In this document: piece by piece, positions 21,902 to 24,424 of the stretch | Numbering within the stretch: position 1 is the first letter of the stretch | How the letters are laid out: every line of letters starts with the position of its first letter | From: Patescibacteria group bacterium | Lineage (GTDB): Bacteria > Patescibacteriota > Patescibacteriia > Patescibacteriales > UBA12075 | DNA: 24,424 nt | Direction: 5' to 3' | Assembly: GCA_038248465.1 (NCBI GenBank) | Contig: JBBRXK010000001.1 | Location: 1 to 24,424 of the forward strand | The notes under the pieces: generated by a model | What the model was told of the DNA's origin: nothing | Seen by the model: only the letters and a program-made list of their open reading frames with translations | Database searches by the model: none | Made by a program: the position numbers and the translations under genes

Positions 21902-23854
21902 ATGAGTAAAGCAGAGATAAAAGAGCCAATCCAAGAAGCGGAGAAAACCCAAGAACTAAGCCCTGATGAAATAAAAATGTGGCTTAGTAAAATGAAAAAA
22001 GAATATTGCATTGATTTTTTTGCTGAAATTGGCGAACAAATATATTTCCCCGAGGGAACAATGATGGGTAACATGGATGTGTCTGGTAAATCTTTGCAAG
22101 ATATTTTTGACATGACGATTGCAAAACTCGATAGTTATGAACCGCCCTTTGTTCAAGAGGCGGAAATCAAGGAAGAACCGGACGAGGTGCCAACTTGGCT
22201 CAAGGGAAAAGAAGCACTAATTTGGCATGGTGCTAATGAAAATCCTACTTGGGAAATAAAAAGCCATCAGTACGGCAAAGAAATTGCTTTGTCTTATGTT
22301 CGACGAGGTAAAGAAATGAAATCGGGAAGAGACGAAGTGGAGCAAGGCAGAAAAATAGAAGCAGTCGACAGTGACTTTTCGTTGGATGAATGGAGAGTCG
22401 TAGAAACAATTTTCAAAGAATATCAGGCTTTAGAAAAAGATTTAAATTCTACTGATGAAAATTTAAAAAAAGAAACGAAGACAAGAATCAAGAGTGTTCT
22501 CAAGGAAGAAAACGCCTATCGTAAGGGAGGCGGGGTTGAACCACAAATTCTTAAAAATCTGATAGCTGAAGCCTTGGATAAAACAGCCAATAAGACCAGA
22601 GGTTTTAAAAAAGACAAAATTGAACTAGAGGCTTTAACGCAAAAAACCGCGGAAATACTTAGCCAATTGTTTGTTCTTAATAGAAGCCGAGGGGATGGTG
22701 CTGATAAAATTCCAAAAGTTAAATCCGATATCAAAGAAACGCCGTCATTTGCCCATGGGCTAAAGCAACTAGCTGAATGTTTGACAATTCAATTAAATGC
22801 CAAAGATGAAAATATTAATAATGACGATTTTGAAGAAAGCGATAATTGGGTTGAGTCTTTTGAAAATGCCAAAGGAATAACTTTGATGATCGGTGAAGCT
22901 GGCACGGGTAAAAATGAAGCAGTAGAATATTTTGCCGCCAAGACAAAACGGCCTTTCTTTTGGTTTCCTTGTGGGCGTGGTATGGAAGCTATCGATTTGG
23001 TGACTCATTATGAGTTTGATACCAAGGAGGGCACCAAAAGATTTTTGACTGAACTAGCAAATGGTATAGCGACCCCAGGAGCGATTGTTATGATTGATGA
23101 AGTTAATGCCCTAAAACCAGAAGTACAAGCTATTCTACATGGCTTGGGCGATTCGAATCGTTCTTTGAATTACGATGGAGTGAGAATTCCTGTGGCCGAG
23201 GGGACGCTCATAGTGATTGCTGGTAATCCGGCTACCTATGGCTCGGCTGGCAATCTGGGTCAGGCCCTCTTGAGTCGTACTCGCGGACAATCGATGGTGA
23301 TGGAGTATTCTGCATTAACCAAAGGCGATTTGGCAAAGCGGGAAAATGGCTGGAGCGATGCAATATTAGAACAAAAAAAGCAAGAGGACAACAAACTACA
23401 AGGCTACGCGTGTGACGAAATACTTGCCCTATTTCCTGTGTTTAATGAATTTTCAGGTCTAGATGACAAGGAGTTTGAACTGCTTTGGGAATGCGAGATA
23501 AATGAAAAAACAGAAGGAACGAAAATTCAAGAATTGGAAAACCACCCCAAATTAAAAGAACTTAGGGACGGAGATGTCGGAAAACATATTCACAAAACAT
23601 TGGTGGATTTGCGTGACATTCTTCGCATTTCGGATGCTTGGCGCAAGGCTTACGAAAAAAGGAGCGGTGGCTTTGATCTATTGAGCGTTGGTATTCGCGA
23701 TACTATCGCTATCGCCAAAGTATATAAAAATGAAAGGGATGTGCGCAAAGCCTATCTAAAAACTTTTGCAGATTTTCGAAAAAATCCAATCGATGGTCTC
23801 GACTCTACCTTTAGTTCGCTAGAACTTCTAATCAATAATGTTTTAAGTCAGTAA
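21902..23854 (+). CDS. MoxR/AAA_5 (CbbQ/NirQ-like) AAA+ ATPase with long unknown N-terminal extension
   Basis: Walker A GEAGTGKN, Walker B IVMIDEVN, sensor I AGNP..YG, arginine-finger region ALLSR, sensor II-like GIRD. About 325 aa of charged/helical sequence precede the ATPase domain. Confidence 0.88.
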   Translation: MSKAEIKEPIQEAEKTQELSPDEIKMWLSKMKKEYCIDFFAEIGEQIYFPEGTMMGNMDVSGKSLQDIFDMTIAKLDSYEPPFVQEAEIKEEPDEVPTWLKGKEALIWHGANENPTWEIKSHQYGKEIALSYVRRGKEMKSGRDEVEQGRKIEAVDSDFSLDEWRVVETIFKEYQALEKDLNSTDENLKKETKTRIKSVLKEENAYRKGGGVEPQILKNLIAEALDKTANKTRGFKKDKIELEALTQKTAEILSQLFVLNRSRGDGADKIPKVKSDIKETPSFAHGLKQLAECLTIQLNAKDENINNDDFEESDNWVESFENAKGITLMIGEAGTGKNEAVEYFAAKTKRPFFWFPCGRGMEAIDLVTHYEFDTKEGTKRFLTELANGIATPGAIVMIDEVNALKPEVQAILHGLGDSNRSLNYDGVRIPVAEGTLIVIAGNPATYGSAGNLGQALLSRTRGQSMVMEYSALTKGDLAKRENGWSDAILEQKKQEDNKLQGYACDEILALFPVFNEFSGLDDKEFELLWECEINEKTEGTKIQELENHPKLKELRDGDVGKHIHKTLVDLRDILRISDAWRKAYEKRSGGFDLLSVGIRDTIAIAKVYKNERDVRKAYLKTFADFRKNPIDGLDSTFSSLELLINNVLSQ

Positions 23855-23856
23855 AT

Positions 23857-24424
23857 ATGCCCGAAACAATCAATGAAAACCGATTCAAAGACATACAAGA
23901 ATTGACTAAAGAAACTGGTACTGGTCTTGAACTTTCCAAAACACCAGCGACAGAAAAGGTAGCCAAGGGTTTGGCTGTACTAAATGTTGCCATTGATCAT
24001 GACACCAGCATAACGCCAAATGACCTAGTCGCGATAGAAGAAGGTCTAGCTACGGTCAAGCTAGATATGGGTGGAGAACAATTTAGTATTCAAGAATTAA
24101 AAGACATCCCAGATTTAAAAATGAATGTTGAAATATGGAAAGAGATAGTGAACGGAAATTTTAATAATGTTAGAAAGCTAACTTTCATTACTCCAAAAAT
24201 AGCCGAACACCTCGCCAAACATCGAGGAAATCTCTATCTCCAGGGCCTCAGCTCCATCTCCGACACCATCGCCGAACACCTCGCCAAACACCAAGGAAAT
24301 CTCGATCTCGGTGGCCTCAGCTCCATCTCCGACACCTCCGCCGAACACCTCGCCAAACACCAAGGATATCTCAATCTCGGTGGCCTCAGCTCCATCTCCG
24401 AAACCGCCGCCGAACACCTCGCCA
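23857..24424 (+). CDS. Leucine-rich-repeat-like protein (23-aa repeats), 3' end outside the window
   Basis: Not in the ORF track. ATG 2 nt after the AAA stop, open to the window end: MPETINENRFKDIQELTKETG...KLTFITPKI then (AEHLAKHxGxLxLxGLSSISDTx)n. Confidence 0.85.
   Translation, partial: MPETINENRFKDIQELTKETGTGLELSKTPATEKVAKGLAVLNVAIDHDTSITPNDLVAIEEGLATVKLDMGGEQFSIQELKDIPDLKMNVEIWKEIVNGNFNNVRKLTFITPKIAEHLAKHRGNLYLQGLSSISDTIAEHLAKHQGNLDLGGLSSISDTSAEHLAKHQGYLNLGGLSSISETAAEHLA
24202..24424 (+). repeat. 69-bp coding tandem repeat (3 full copies plus a partial)
   Basis: gccgaacacctcgcca begins at 24202, 24271, 24340 and 24409, in frame with ATG 23857; C-rich codons. Confidence 0.95.

Noticed and set aside
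24178-24417. 79-aa minus-strand repeat ORF (MFGGGFGDGAEATEIEISL...)
   Set aside because: Antisense image of the + strand LRR repeat, which has a proper start coupled to the AAA gene.
1-24424. Prophage, DGR, intein or transposase
   Set aside because: No integrase, reverse transcriptase, terminase or capsid, Hint or DDE/HUH motifs recognised, and no TR/VR nucleotide pair spotted by eye; a self-dotplot would be the definitive test.

Overview
AT-rich bacterial window in genetic code 11, most likely Patescibacteria/CPR (Parcubacteria-like). That assignment is an inference from SD-poor A-rich starts, giant repeat-rich surface proteins and the palindrome/heptamer repeat style. About 17 kb is taken by two tandem giant exported proteins: P1 (1548-8012, 2154 aa, N-terminal hydrophobic anchor) and P2 (8245-18531, 3428 aa, Sec signal peptide). 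Both share a ~270-aa macroglobulin(MG)-like base, then carry unrelated passenger regions and alternate a Cys-paired Ig-like module with FN3-like repeats. The most striking observation is that P1 stops right after EQMHYRWRNDNGGE. This resembles the first strand of a domain present twice in P2, once complete and once lacking that strand, which suggests donor-strand-like coupling of P1 to P2. Upstream lie a doubly frameshifted HTH+TM gene missed by the ORF track and a divergent, edge-truncated tandem-HTH gene. Downstream are a DKNYY protein, a Nudix hydrolase, an M23 peptidase, a MoxR/AAA_5-type ATPase and an edge-truncated LRR-like protein with 69-bp repeats. Intergenic regions hold a dispersed TGTCATCCCG repeat family, a perfect nested 49-bp palindrome and a MITE-like inverted-repeat pair. 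No rRNA, tRNA, CRISPR array, transposase or integrase was seen. All alignments and counts were done by eye.
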